In this document: positions 1 to 22,159 of the stretch, piece after piece
Layout: each line of letters begins with the position of its first letter
How positions within the stretch are numbered: position 1 is the stretch's first letter
Assembly (NCBI RefSeq): GCF_009914755.1
Contig: NC_060947.1
Reading direction: 5' to 3' (one strand)
DNA length: 64,000 nucleotides
From: the human T2T-CHM13v2.0 reference genome, Homo sapiens
Program-made: the position numbers and the translations under genes
Notes under the pieces: generated by a model
Databases searched by the model: none
What the model was told of the DNA's origin: nothing
The model's input: the letters and a program-made list of their open reading frames with translations, nothing else

Positions 1-200
1 CTCTGAAATGAGGGTTTTTTGACTCATGATCACATTAGAGTCCTGCTTTTCGAAAGGTAAAAGGACAGGAGAGGGTCAGAAAGACATATTCTATTTCCTG
101 ATGTCTGCTTCTAGTGCTTAAAGTGCCCCAACATTATGACAAAATACTGTAATAAGGTCTGTGGCAGTTACAAGGCAGGAACCATGGATAAAAACCAATC

Positions 201-4642
<4,442 letters not shown>

Positions 4643-4645
<3 letters not shown>

Positions 4646-4815
4646 ATATATATATATTATACATACATATATATATAATATATATATTATACATACATAT
4701 ATATATAATATATATTATACATACATATATATTTTTATATATATTATATATATATTATATATATTATTATATATATATTATATATATTATATATATTATA
4801 TGTATTATATATGTA
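4643..4815. repeat. AT-rich (TA)n low-complexity tract at the L1 tail
   Basis: tatatatattatacatacatatat units directly after the L1 3' end. Confidence 0.9.
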
Positions 4816-5399
4816 AAAAGATAGTTATATCCAAAGGACTTAGGCAGATTGACACCTTGAATTATCAGTTAACTTTGTATTTGAGATCTAGCAGTGTTCT
4901 CACAAGGCATGGTATGGTGGCTTGGGGCTAAGACTTGGATTGAAAGGGAGGTTAATTGTGTTGAGCTGGATTACTTTGCTACATTCCATGCAGCAGTGCT
5001 GTAGGAAGGGCTGGCTGATGGGGAATACTTGACAGTGCCTTCTGAAACTCTCAGAAGGAAAATAGTTATTAAAAGTCTGTGGCCTTTATTACCTTGGGAC
5101 TTGATCCTTCATCTATCCAAGCCAAGTCCCCTTCTTGCTGAGAACAAAGTGAGGAGAGAGGGATTCGCTCAGTTGCACTGAGTGTGTGATTTCTTGGCCT
5201 GTTCTTAGCAGGGATAAAACTGCCCTGGTAGCCCCCCATCATGAAAAGGAGTCAGACAAAAAGTGTCCTGTGTTCTGGCTGCTACAGGAGCAGGGCTGTG
5301 ATCTGCTTAGAAGAAATTATCCTGCATCCCTGGTACTCTGAGAAATAAATTCTTGGTGCTTCTGCATAACAGGAAAAAAAAAACAATCTGTATATATAA

Positions 5400-6565
5400 G
5401 CATAATACAACAAACTCCTTATCTCATATATGATTTAAAAATATTTTCTTCCATTCTTTAGGTTGCCTTTTTTGTTGTTCATTGTTTCTTTTGCTGTGTG
5501 GAATGCTTTTGTTTTATGTAGTCCCACTTATCTATTTTTGCGTTTGTTGCCTTTGCTTTTGGGGTCATACCAAAGAAATTATTGCCAGCCAATGACAGGA
5601 AGCTTTTTTCCCTATCTTTTCTTCTAGGAGTTTCACATTTTCAGGTTATACATTTAAGTCTTTAATCTATTTTTAGTTTACTTTTTTATTGTTTTAGATA
5701 AAGGTTTGGTTTTATTATTTCGCATGTGTATGTCTAGTTTTCAAAACCGTTTGTTTTAAAAACAATCTTTTCTCCACTGCATGTTCTTGACACTCTTGTA
5801 TAAGATCAGTTGACTGTATCTGTGTGGATTTACTTCTGAGCTCTCTATTCTTTTCCGTCGGATTTATGTTTTTCTTATGCCAGTACCATACTATTTTAAT
5901 TACTGCAGCTTTGTAGGATAGTTTGAAGTCAGAAAATGTGATGTTTTCAGCTTTATTCTTTTTTCTTAAGATTCCTTTGGCTACTCTGGGTCTTTTGTGA
6001 TCCTATGTGAATTTTAGGATTATGGGTTTTTTTTTTTTTCTCTAAATAATGTCAGTGGAATTTTGATGGGAGTAGCATTGAATCTGTAGGTTGCATTTGG
6101 TAATATGGACCTTTTTAACATTATTAAGTATTTAAATCCATGAACAGAAAATACCTTTCCATTTATTCGTCTCATTCAATTTCTTTTATCAATGTTTTGC
6201 AGTTTTCAGTGTACAAGTCTTTCACTTCTTCAGTAACTTCATTTCTAAATATTGTTTCTATGCTATTATAAGTGAAATTGTTTTTTAGTGTTCTTTTTGA
6301 TGGTTATTTGTGTATAGAAATGTAATTGATTTTGTATGTTGATTTTGTATTTTGCCACTTTGCTGTATTAGTTTATTAGTTTAACAGATTTTTTGTGGGG
6401 TCTTTAAGTTTTTCTACATGTGAGATCATGTCATCTGCAAACACAGATTATTTTACTTCTTTTCATTTTCTAATTTGTATTCCTTTTATCTATTCTCGCC
6501 TAATTGCTCTGGCTAAGATTAATAGACTATATTGCATAGAAGCGGTAATAGTAGACATCCTCATC
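5400..6565 (-). mobile_element. Old L1M (L1MA/MB-like) ORF2 fragment
   Basis: Degenerate antisense ORF2 motifs, e.g. gatcatgtcatctgcaaaca (FADDMI). Confidence 0.8.
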
Positions 6566-6569
6566 TAAT

Positions 6570-7132
6570 TTCTCAAAAAATTAAAATAGAACTACCATGT
6601 GTTCCAGCAGTTCAACTTATGGCTATATTTCCAAAAGAGTTGAAATCAAGATCTTGAAGAGATATCTGTGCTTTCATATTCATTAAAGCATTATTCATAA
6701 TAGCCAAGAAGTGGAAGTATCCCGAATGTCCATCAATAGAAAAATACATTTTTAAATGTGGAATATACACATGATGGAATTCAGCCTTTAAAAAGAAGGA
6801 AACTTTGCCATTTGTAGCTATTTAGATGAACCTGCAAAATATTATTCTAAGTAAAATAAGCTAGTCATAGAAAGATATTGCATGATTCCTCTTATATAAT
6901 TATCTATAATAGTCAAATTCATATACAGAACATATACAGTGTGGTTGCCAGGGGATAGAGGGAGAATTGGGAAAATGAGGAGGTGTTGTTCAATGGGCAT
7001 AATGCTTTAGTTTTGTTAAATAAGTTCTAGTGATCTACTATATGACAAAGTGCCTGCAGTTACCAGTATAATATTGTACACTTCAAAATTTGTCAAGAGC
7101 GTTGAGCTCATGTTAACTACTGTTCTTACTAC

Positions 7133-7176
<44 letters not shown>

Positions 7177-7350
7177 AAAAAAAAAAAACCAAAGGAATAC
7201 AAAGAAACTTTGGGAGGTTTGCATATGTCTATTACATTGATCATGATGATGGTACCATTGATGTTTGACCATATCCAAACTTATCAGATTATACACGTTA
7301 AATATGTGTAGTTTTTTGTATGTCAATTATACTTCAATAAACCTGTTTTA
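6570..7350 (+). mobile_element. Old L1M 3' end, containing a (CA)n-(A)n tract at 7136-7188
   Basis: aaaatagaactacc..., gtggttgccagggg and terminal ...ttatacttcaataaa motifs typical of L1MA/MB 3'UTRs. Confidence 0.8.
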
Positions 7351-7419
7351 CAAAAAGTCTAGTCTAGATGCCTCATGAGCAAAATATCTGGAGCATAAAC
7401 ATTACCTTTGTGTTATCCT

Positions 7420-8659
7420 CACTTGAAGTAAGTGAGCCAGCCTTTTACATCCTTCTATCATTCAGCCATTAGTTATGGACCACCACACTAGGTGATGTAC
7501 ATTTCCAGGCAAGGTGGCTCTGATCATTTTCAGCAGCTAGAAGAATGAATCCACTCACTGAATAAATGGGTTTTGGGAAGCATGACATCACAATGTCTAC
7601 TACCGTCCATCCCTTCTGCCATTCAGGCCTTTTTGCTTCTTAATATTAAGTTCAGCACATTTGAGCATACATTCTCTAGCACAATTCCTGGTATTTATGT
7701 ATTTATTTAATAAATTTAAGGGACATATTTAATATGTATCTCCTTTCCCACCACTGATTCCAGATTTTCCTTAACTTCAACTATCACTTCTGCTGGTCTA
7801 GGTGGCTTTCCTCGTGGGATGACTTTGACCCTAATCTCTGAGAGGTCTGAAGCCCAGTGTCCATTCCCTTATTAGATCTGTGGTTACTGCACTTTCCCAT
7901 TCATAGTTAAGACAGAGCATGGAAGTACCAAGAGATGCCACAATAGATCACCTGAATGCCAAACGTACTCTTTGCTGCCCACATTATATAGCAACGCTCT
8001 TACCTCCTCATGATGATCAGGATTAATTACTACTGCCAATATAATAACTATTTTCGATATCTGTTGGTATACTTGCAGAAGAAGCCCAAAGTAACCAGGC
8101 AGTGGCTGTAAGCTTTATATGCAGCAGGAATCTTACTGTTTCTACTGTGGAAGTGATCCCACTGTGAGAACCAGAATCTCTACACTCACAGAGCCTAAAA
8201 TCGAGGAGACTGGCAAAACACATCCCCCAAGTTCATAATTGGGAGTAATGGTGAAGACAGCTAGTCTTAATTCCACCCCTTTCTTCCTGCACCTATGTAT
8301 ACTATCTAGTGAAGACACAGAACCGCATCTTGTCCGTAGATTTAAAGAATAAAACGTATCCTGCAGAATAACGCCCATGAATAAGGGGTCTCATTCCCAC
8401 AGTGATGCCTCAGCAACATCTTTAGAAGGTCATTTGCCACTGTATTAGTCTGTCAGTTCCTGAGGAGTGCATTATATTATAAAACTAGTGGATCTCATGA
8501 TCATGTGCCTACTGCCACACCTCCTTTGCCGTAAAATGGGCCCCTTCATCCAAGGCAATGTTATGCAGGTTCTCACAGTGAGAAATCAGACCCACTGCGA
8601 GGCTTCAGATAACAGTTTGGGTCAAGGGCCTGTGGTCAGAAAATGTAAACCCATACCCA

Positions 8660-8697
<38 letters not shown>

Positions 8698-9960
8698 TAA
8701 TAATAATTACATATATGTGTGTACATATATGTATATGTGTGTATATATGTATATATACGTGTATGTGTGTGTGTGTGTGTATACATATATGTGAGAGAAT
8801 ATATTGCTTCACTTTTCAAGTAGAAAGTTCTTCAATGTGATTCAACTTGCCACAGACTAGTTGTTCATATCCTCAAAAGTTAGTGCCATATTAGGGCATT
8901 GACATCTGTCTTTGTTGTCAGCATTTTAGTGGTAGCTGAGGAAAAAGCTTGACTATCAGTAATTTGCTAGGTTATCTGTCCAGTGGATATTTAGTTCTTC
9001 TAATGGAACAGATGCTGTTTAGGTGAACTAATGTTAAAAAAAAAAAAAAGACCTTTACACTTTGTATTCACTCACGTAAGTCCATCACGTATTCAGTCTT
9101 GCACCTTGCTCCGTCTGGGCTACTGACGAACCAACTAAGCCACTTAGTGGGGCTCATATATTTATTGAAACCTACCCCTATATCATGCCACATCTCTCTC
9201 CAAATAAAGTGAGTTACCAGATGCACTGACAAAAACTTTTCTAATTGGGAGGATTTCCCATTACCACTTTATTTCAAGGTAAGCCTGAGAAAGAATGCAA
9301 ATAGCAGCAGCCCATTTTCAGTTTGCACCAATGTCCCATATCTGACATCTTTTTTTTTTTCCACCTGGACACAAGGACACTCCAAAAAGACAATAGGTGT
9401 AGTCTGAATGAGAGGCATCAATCTCTGAGCATGATCTGAGTGAGACCCTACTATGGTTGGGTATTAGATATCTGTTTGCTCAGCTTATTTGTATCCTTTG
9501 CTGTGCACCATCCCATTTCTTCTTATTAGAGATTGTGACTGGACCTGGTAGACTTTATGAAATCCAGGAATGGAATTTTCTAGTTTATGATTGGTAGTTG
9601 TGGCCACAGGGTCACTTGACTTCCCTTGCTCAAGTGCTTCAATATAGTAAAGCGACGTGATGTTCTGTGGAATAGCCAGGTGTGTCCAGATATTTTTGGA
9701 CTCTATTATATTGCAAAGAGCCAGAGAGCTAACGTATCTCTGGAATGCTTCATATTTTACTTCGTGATGAATATGAAACATAATATATTTGCCACACCAA
9801 TACCTATGTTCACAAACCTAAGACTGTTAATAGGCTTTAGTGAAGATACCACAGATGGCACAATCGTTGTAATTAGGGCTGCTACTTGATTAAGTTTGCA
9901 TTAGTCCACTGTCATAAGTCATTATCTGGATTTTTTCAGGAACCAGAAAGGAGATAAATT
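7420..9960 (-). mobile_element. Degenerate ERVL-class internal (pol) remnant
   Basis: Minus strand ~9820-9915 translates LMTVD*CKLNQVAALITTIVPSVVSSLKPIN, resembling the ERV-L RT motif WRMTVDYRKLNQV...VPDVVSLLEQIN. Boundaries are approximate. Confidence 0.6.
8666..8792. repeat. Compound (TA)n/(TG)n microsatellite
   Basis: Directly visible. Confidence 0.9.
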
Positions 9961-10039
9961 ATGATCAAGATAAACACCTCTGCTCCCTCCACATCTCTGA
10001 ACATGGTACTAATCTGTTATTTTGCTCAGGATGCAACGT

Positions 10040-13015
<2,976 letters not shown>

Positions 13016-13019
13016 GAGG

Positions 13020-13578
13020 TTTTGAGCTATCGCTTTGAGCAAAATGCTAATAGTGATACAGACAATGAAATCCAGGCTGAGGTGGTCTTAGATGGAGTTG
13101 AGGAACTTCTTGGGAAATGGAGCAAAGACCACTTCCTTAGAGATCTGTGGAACTTTGAACTTGAGAGAGATGATCTGAAATTGGAAATTACATTTAAAAC
13201 GGAAGCAGAGCAAAAGGTTTGGAAAATGTGCAGCCTGACCATATGGTAGAAGAGAAAAACCCATTTTCTGGAGAGGAATTCAAGCTGGCTGCAGAAATTT
13301 GCATAAGTAACAAGGAGCCAAATGTAAATTTCCAATACGATTGGAAAAATCTCTCCAGGGCATGTCAGAGACCTTCATGGAAGCCAGTCCCATTACAGAC
13401 CTGGAGGCCTAGGAGGAAAAAATGGTTTCTTGAGTCAGGCCCAGGGCCCTGCTGTTGCTCAGTGCAGCATTGGGACTTGGTGTTCTTTATCCCAGCCATG
13501 GCTAAAAGAAGCCAAGGTACTGCTCTGGCCATTGTTTCAGAGGGTGCAAGGCCCAAACCTTGGTGGCTTCCACGTGGA
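13020..13578 (+). mobile_element. MaLR internal fragment (THE1/MST-int)
   Basis: gctttgagcaaaatgctaatagtgatacagacaatgaaatccaggctgaggtggtc and ggaactttgaacttgagagagatga motifs. Confidence 0.8.
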
Positions 13579-14409
13579 AGCATTTGATGTTTTCAATGTT
13601 TTGGGTTTTAGCTACTCAAATAGATATGTAATGGTACCTCAATGTTGTCTTAATTTTTAATTCCCTAATGACATATGATGTTTATCATTTTACAAGTCTG
13701 TGCCAAAGATAAAGACTGCAAGAAAATATTTACAAATCAAATATACAACAAAGGACCTGTATGCAGAATACATGAAGGATTTTTTTTAAATTCAAAAATC
13801 AGAAAACAACAGCTCAATTTTTAAAATAGGCAAAATACATCAACACACAACTCACTAAAGTTGACATATGGATGTTATATAAACATGGTAATTTTTCTTC
13901 TATATCATCAGCCATTAGAGAAATGCAAATTAAATGCATGATTCAAACAGGAAAAAATGATACATTGAAGTTACTCAATATAAATAAATCATTGTCTCCC
14001 CAGGGCTTATAGAAGAAACAGGCTGAATATTATGTGGTTCCCTGTGTACTACAGTGAGATGTACCCTCAAGTGTCTTAAATGTATTCGTATTTACTCCAG
14101 CCAAGATGTACATCCCCTCCCTTCTACTGACCTGAGGATGGCACCCTTGGGCTAAGGCCACCATCTCCCTGACACTTCAGAAAAGGAAGCCAGAAGGAAG
14201 GAGAGGGTTGTGCTGCTTGACATTCATTCACTGGGGCCTCTCAGGGCAGACAATAAGGCCACATTTCTGTGAGGTTTTGCATGTCTGTTATGAGAGGCCC
14301 TTCTGCATTTCTTCTGGGTCCTCACTGAAAGAAGCACTGGAAAAGGGTAGAAAAGACAATCTTGAATTCCCTATGCTATGCCGCCCTCATGCCCTAACAT
14401 TAGCTGCTT

Positions 14410-17400
14410 GGTGAAGAGAAAGTCTGTGTCCTTAACAGAGGGAGAGCACAGGGATTATGAGATGTTGAATTGAACTCAGTGCTGCTGTGTCAGAGAACAA
14501 AGGAAATTTGGTTCAAATTCAGCCAGTGCCCTCCCATGGAGGGAGCATTCAAACCAGCTCTAGCCAGAGGAAAATCACTCATCCTAGTGGTCATTAACGT
14601 GAGTTCTGTCAAGCGTCGCCACCACAAACCAAAGTGCTCTGGGGCTCTAAATGAACTTGAAAGGCAGTCTAGGCCAGAAGGACTACAATTTCCAGGTGAG
14701 TCTGAGTAATCAACTAGACTCAGTGCCAGTGGACATGGAAAGCATTTGACCCACTGAGACACGAGCTGGAGCATCTAAAGGAGTGCTTGTACCACCCCTC
14801 CCCCAAACTCAGGCTGCATAGCTCACAGAGCCAAAAGATACCCCTTCCTTCCTCCTGAGGAGAGGAGAGGGAAGAATAAAGAGGACGATGTCTTGTATCA
14901 TGGATACTAGCTAAGTCACAGTAAGGTAGGGCATTATTCAGAATCACGAGGTTCCTTTTTCAGGCCCTAGCTCCCAGAAGACACTTCTAGACACACTGTG
15001 GGGCAGAAGTGAACCCATTGCCTTGAATAGAAGGACTCTTTCCTAGCAAGACCCATTACCTGCTGACTAAGGAGCACTTGGGCCCTGAATAACCAGCAGC
15101 AATTTCTGGGTAATGTGCCATGGGCCCTGGGTAAGACTTTGAGACTTGCTAGCTTCATGTGAGACTCAACACATTCCTAGATGTGATGGGTACAGGGAGA
15201 GACACTTTCTGCTTGAGACTTTGTCCTGTATCTTAGGTACCAGCTCAGCTACAGGAGAGTACAGCACCAAGCAGGCTCTTGAGGTCACCAATTCCAGGCT
15301 TTGGCTGTTGAACAGAATTTCTGGACCTGCCGTCAGCCGTAGGGGAGCCCAATGCCCTGAAGGATGAGTCTTAGGCCATGTAGCATTCAACACAATCTGA
15401 CTGTAGAGTCCTTGGGCCTTAAGGGAACTTTGGCAGTAGCCTGGCAGTACTCCTAGCGGGCCAGTGGTGGTCGTGGCCATGCACTGAGGCTTCTCAGCCT
15501 GTGAAAATGGGAGAAAAGAGTGGGAAAGATTGCCTCTTGTGGTTTGAGTGCCAGTCCAGCCACCGTACAATAGAACACCAGGTAGAATTCTAAAGTTTTT
15601 GATTCCATTCCCTGACTCCGGAAAGCACTTTTGGATCTGCCTGTGGCTGGGGAACTTGCTGCCCTGAAAAAAAGGACATAAGCCTGGCTGGCTTTGGCAC
15701 CTGCTGATTGTAGAGACTTAGAGCTTTAAGCAAACATAGGCAGTGGCCAGGTAGTGGTTACTGTGGGTGTTGTGTAAGACCCATGCTGTGCAGGTTTCAA
15801 GTCTGATCAAGTACCATTCCAGTAGTGGTGGCCACAGGGGTGTTTGTGCCACCTTTCCCTCAGTTCCAGGAGGCTCAGAATAGAGACAGAAAGATACTTT
15901 GGTTGTTTAGGATATTGTAAGGAAGAAAAACAAGAGTCTGTGCCTAGTAATCCAGAGAATTATTCCAGATCTTCTTCAAGGCAATACTTCTATGAGTCTT
16001 CAAGAACCACAGAGTTGCTGGGCTTGGGGTGTCCCCTAATGCAGATATGGCCTAGATCATAATACTCAAGTCCTTTTGAATACCTGAAATCTTTAACAAG
16101 AAGGATGAGTACAAAGAAGCCCAGACTACAAAGACTACAATAAATATCTAACTATTCAATGTCCAGACACTGACAAACATCCACAAGAATCAAGACCACA
16201 TAGGAAAACATGACCTCACCAAATAAACTACATGAGGCACCAGGGACAAATCCTGAGATATATGACCTCTTTGACAAGACAATTCAAAATAGCTGTTCTA
16301 AGGAAACAAAATAAATCAAGATAACATAGAGAAGGAATTCAGAATCCTATCAGATAAATAAATTTAACAAAGAGACTGAATTAAAAAGAATAAAGTAGAA
16401 ATATGGGAGCTGAAAAATGCAATTGACATACTGAAGAATGTATCTGAGTCTTTTAATAGCAGAATTAAGCAGAAGAATTAGTGAGCTTGAAGACACACTA
16501 TGTAAAAATACATAGTCAGAGGAGACAAAAGTAAAAATATTTTTAAAAGTGAAGCACACATACAATATGTACAAAATAACCACAAAAGGGAAAATCTAAG
16601 AGTTATTGGCCTTAAGGCAGGGGTGGGGGGCGGTGGGGGGTGGGCTATAACGTTTATTCAAAGAGAACATAACAGAGAACTTTCCAAACTCAGAGAAACA
16701 TATCAATATCCAAGTACAAGAAGCATTTAGAACAACAAGCAGATTTAATCCAAAGAAGACTACCTTAAGGAGTTTAATAATCAAACTACCAAAGGCCAAG
16801 GACAAAGAACGAATTCTAAAAGCAGCAAGAGAAAAGAGGCAAATAACATACAATTGCACTTCAACATGACTGGCAGCCGACTTTTCAGTAGAAACCTTGC
16901 AGGCCAGGAGAGAGCGGCATGACATATTTAAAGGGCCAAAGAAAAGAACTTTTACCCTAGAGTAGTATATTCAGGATCAAAAAATTCATCAAACATGAAG
17001 GACAAATAAAGACTGTCCCAGACAAATATTAATGTAACCTGAGGGATTTGATCAACACAAGACCTGTCCTATAAGAAATGCTAAAGGGAACAGTACCTCA
17101 AATCAGAATAAAAATGATGTTAATGAGCAATAAAACATCATTAGGAGGTACAAAACTCACAAGCAGTAGTAAGTACACAGAAAAACACAGAATACTATAA
17201 CACTGTAACTGTGTACACTAATTTGATCTTAAGTAGAAAGATTGAACAATAAACCAATCATAAATAATAACTACAATAAGTTTTCAAGATAGAGAGTAAA
17301 ACATGATATAAGCACAGATATTAAAAAGTTTAAAAAGCAGGGGGATAAAGTTATAGTGTAGAGTTTTATTAGCTTTCTATTTGCTTTTTAGATTTTTAAT

Positions 17401-20400
17401 GTAAACTGTGTTGTTATCAGTTTCAAGTAATGGATTCTAATATGGTATTCACAAGCCTCACAGTAACCTTGAATCTGAAAACGTACAACAGCTACACAAA
17501 AAATGAAAAGCAATAAATTAAATCATATCACCAGAGATAATTATCTTCACAGAAACAAAAACAGGATGGAAAAAAGAAGGAAGTGAAGGCTACACAAAAA
17601 CTCAGAAAACTTACAGCAAAATGACAGAAATTTGTTCTTACTGATCAATAATAACATTGAATGTAAGTGGACTAAACTCTCCAATTAGAAGATATAGAGT
17701 GACTGAATGGATTAAAAAAAAAAAAAAAGCAAGACCCAGAGATCTGTTGCCTACAAAAAAACCACACTTCACCTATAAAGACACACAGAGACTGAAAATA
17801 AAGGGATGGAAAAAGTCACTCCATGCTAAAGAAAAAAAAAGAGCAGGAGTAGCTACATTTATATCAGACAAAATAGATTTTAGGAGGAAAAGTATGACAA
17901 GAGACAAACAAGTTCAATATAGAATGATAAAAGAGTCAATTCTGAAAGAGAATCTACCTGTTGTCAATATATATGTATCCAACACTGGACCACCTAGTTA
18001 TATAAAGGAAATGTTATTAAAGCTAAGAAAGAGATAGACCCCAATACAACAATAGCTGAAGAATTCAACACCCCAAGTTCAGCATTGAACAGATCTTCCA
18101 GACAGAAAATCAACAAAGAACCATGAGATTTAATCTGCCCTATAGGCAAACTGGGCCTAATAGGTACTTACAGAACATTTCATCCCACAGCTGCACAATA
18201 CACATTGTTCTCAGGAACAGACCTTATGGTAGGTCACAAAGGAATCTCAAAACATTTAACAAAATAAATAATATCAAGCATCTTCTCTGACCTCAATGGA
18301 ATGAAACTAGAAATAAATAACAAGAGGAATTTTAGAAACTATACAAACACATGGTATATGCTTTTGAATGATCAGTGAATCAATAAAGACAATAACAAGG
18401 AAATTTAAAAATGTTTTGAAACAATCATAATGGAAACTCAACATACTAAAACCGATGGGATACAGTGAAAGCAGTAATAAGAGGCAATATGTTTTGACTC
18501 TGCGTCCTCACCAAAATCTCATGTTGAATTTTAATCCCCAGTGTTGGAAGAAGGGCTTGGTAGGATGCAGTCGAATCATGGGAGTGGACTTTCCCCTTGC
18601 TGTTCTCATGACAGTGCGTGAGTTTTCATTAGATCTGGTTGTTTAAAAGTGTGCAGCACTTCTCCCTTAACCCTCTCTTCCTCCTCCAGCCATGTAGGAC
18701 ATGTATGCTTCCCTTTCACCTTCCTCCATGATTGTAAGTTTCCTGAGGTCTTCTGAGCCGTGCTTTCTGTACAGCCCACAAAACCATAAGTCAATTAAAC
18801 CTCTTTTCTTTATAAATTATCCAGTCTCAGGTAGTTCTTTATAGCAATGCAAGAATGAACTAATACAAGAGGAAGATTATAGCTATAAGTGTCTACAACA
18901 ATAAAAGAAGGAAAATTCCAAAAAAGAACCTAATGATCCATCTTAAGTAACTAGAAAAGTAAGAACAAACTAAGCCCCAAGTTAGTAGAAGAAAAGAAAT
19001 AATAAAAATCAAAGTAGAGATAAATTGAAATATCAAAAACAATACAGAAGATCAATTAAACAAAAAGTTGGTCTTCTTGAAAAGATAAACAAAATTGACA
19101 AATCTTTACCTAGACTAACTAAGAAGAATATAGAGAAGACCCAAATAAATTTGAGATGAAAAAGAAGACATTGCATCCAATACCACTGAAATTCAAAGAA
19201 TCGTTAGTGGCTACTATAAGCAATTACATACCAATAAATAAGAACATCTAGAGGAAATGGCTAAATTCCCAGACATAAAAGCCTTCCAGGTTTGAACCAT
19301 GAAGAAATTCAAAACTTGAAAAGAACGATATTGAATCTCTGACAACAACAAAAAAACTCCCAGTAAAGAAAAGCCCAGGACCCGGTGGCTTCACCAATAT
19401 ATTTTACCAAACACAAGAATAAATAATATCAAACATACTCAATGAATTCTGAAAAGCAGAGGAGAAGGGAATGCTTCCAAACTCTATTGGGCCAGTATTA
19501 TCTCGATAACAAAACCAGACAAAAACACATTCAAAAAAAGACAACTGCAGGCCAATACCACTGATGAATATTGATGTAAAAATCCTCAATGAAATGGAAG
19601 AAAACCAAATTTAACAACACATTAAAAAATCATTCTTCATGAACAAGTGGAATTTATCTCAGGGATGCAAGAATGGTTCAACATATGCAAATCAATACAT
19701 GTGATACATCATGTCAACAGAATGAAAGACAAAAACCATATGATCATATCAATTGATGCTGAAAAAGAATTTGATGAAATTCAGCACCACTTCATAATAA
19801 AATCCCTGAAAAACTGGGTATAGAAGGAACATGCTTCAACATAATAAAAGCTATATATGAAAGACCCACAGCTAGTATCATACTGAATGGCGAAAGACTA
19901 GAAGTCCTTCCTCTAAGATCTGGAACACGACATGGATGCCCACTTCAACCACTGTTATTCAACATAGTATTGGAATTCCCAGGTAGAGCAATCAGAAAAG
20001 ATAAAGAAATAAAAGGCATCCAAATTGGAAAGGAAGAAAATATATCCTTGTTTGCAGATGATATAATCTAATATTTGGAAACACCTAAGACTCAACCAAA
20101 ATATAGAACTGATTTAAAAAATTCAGTAAATTTGCATGATACAATATCAACATACAAAAATCAGTAGCTTTTCTATATGCCAGTCATGAATCATCTGAAA
20201 AAGAAATTAAGAAATTAATCCCATTTATGATAGTTAAAAATAAAATAAAATACCTAGAAATTAACATAAACAAAGAAGTGAAAGAGCTCTAGAAGGAAAA
20301 CTATAAAACACTGGTAAAATAAATTGAAGAAGACGCAAAAATGGAAAGATATTCTATGTTTATAGATTGGAATAATCAATATTTTAAAAATATCCATACT

Positions 20401-22150
20401 ACCTGAAGCAATCTACAGTTTCAATATAATCGTTTTCAAAATACCAATGATATTCTCCACAAAATTAAAAAAGAAAAATCCTAAAATTTCTATGGAACAA
20501 AGCAAAAAATCCAGAAAAGCGAAAGCTATTCTAAGCAAAAAGAACAAAACTGGAGGACTCACATTACCCGACTTCAAATTATACTACAGAGCTATAGTGA
20601 TGAAATGGCATGGTACTGGCTTAAAAACAGACACACAGACCAGTGGAACAGAATATAGAAACACAAAAATAAATCCATACATTGACAGTGACCTCATTTT
20701 TTACAAAGGTGCCAAGAACATAAACTGGGGAAAGGAAAGATTTAATTTATAAGTGCTAGAAAAACTGGTATCCATATAAAGAAGAATGAAACTAGACCGT
20801 TAACTCTTGCTATATACAAAAATCAAATCAAAATTGACTAAAGACTTAACCTGAAGACCTCAACCTATGAAACTTGTAAAAAAAAAAAATGGGAAAATCT
20901 GCAAGATATTGGAATTTCCAAGGATTTCTTCAGTAATACTCCACAAGCACAGGCAGCAAAAGCAAAAATAGACAAATTGGATTGCATCATCTTAAAAAGG
21001 TTTTACATAGCAAAGGAAACAATCAGCAAAGTGAAGAGGCAACCCACGGAATGGGAGAGCATATTTGCAAACTACTCATCTGACAAGGAAGTAACAAGCA
21101 GAATATATAAGAAGATCAAACAACTCTGTAGGATAAAAATCTAATAATCAAATTGAAAAATGGAGAAAAGATCTGAATAGACATTTGTCAAAAAAAGACA
21201 GGTAAATGCAAACAGGTACATGTAATGGGGCTCAGTACCCTTGATCATCAGAAAAACATAAATCCAAACTCCATTGAAATACCATCTCACACCAGTAAAA
21301 ATGGCTTTTATCAAAAGGTCAGGCAGTAACAAATGCTGGCAAAGATATGAACCCTCCTACATTGTTGGTGAGAAGGTACATTAGTAAAACCACTATGAAC
21401 AGTTTGAAGGTTCTCCAAAAATAAAAATAGAGCTACCATACTCTCCAGTAATCCCACTTCTAGGTATGTACCCACAATAGAGGAATTCAATACATTGAAG
21501 ACATATCTGCACAGCAATGTTTGCTGCAGCGCTATTCACAATAGCCAAGATTTGGAAGCAACCTAAGTGTCCATCAGCAGATGAACGGATAAAGAAATTG
21601 TGGTACATATACACAGTGGAGCACTATTAAGCCAAAAAAAAATGAGATCCTGTCATTGGCAATGACATGGATGGAAGTGGAGGTCATCATGCTCCGTGAA
21701 ATAAGCAAGGCACAGAAAGACAAACTTCACATGTTCTCACTTATTTGTAGGAGCTAAAATTTAAAATAATTGAATTGATGGTGATAGAGTGTAGAAGGAT
21801 GGTTACCAGACACTGGGAAAGGTAGGAGGGGGTCAGGGGAGAAGTGAGGATGGTTAATGGTTACAAAAAAGAGTTAGAGGGAATCAATAAGTCCTACTAT
21901 TTGCTATCACGACAGGGTGACTATAGTCAAAAGTATTTAATTATACATTTTAAAATAAGTAAAAGAGTATTACTGGATTGTCTGTAACACAAATGGTAAA
22001 TGCATGTGCTGATGGATAACCCATATACCCTGATGTGATTTATTACACACAGCAAGCCTATATCAAAATATCTTCTGTAACCCATAAACATATGTACCCA
22101 CTATGTACCCACAAAAATTAAAAATAATAAAAACAAAACAAAAAAAATAA
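14410..22150 (+). mobile_element. Near full-length decayed L1MA-type LINE-1 (5'UTR, ORF1 ~16.2-17.1 kb, ORF2 ~17.6-21.6 kb, 3'UTR, A tail)
   Basis: ORF remnants [27 protein letters not shown] and ttgtttgcagatgat; L1MA-type 3'UTR ends in an A-rich tail at ~22113-22155. Confidence 0.9.
18485..18867. mobile_element. MSTA-like MaLR solo LTR inserted in L1 ORF2
   Basis: Ends gaactaataca; 5-bp TSD agagg at 18480-18484 and 18868-18872. Confidence 0.9.
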
Positions 22151-22159
22151 AAAACAAGA

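Noticed and set aside
13022-13660. Several overlapping ORFs
   Set aside because: Derived from a decayed MaLR internal sequence
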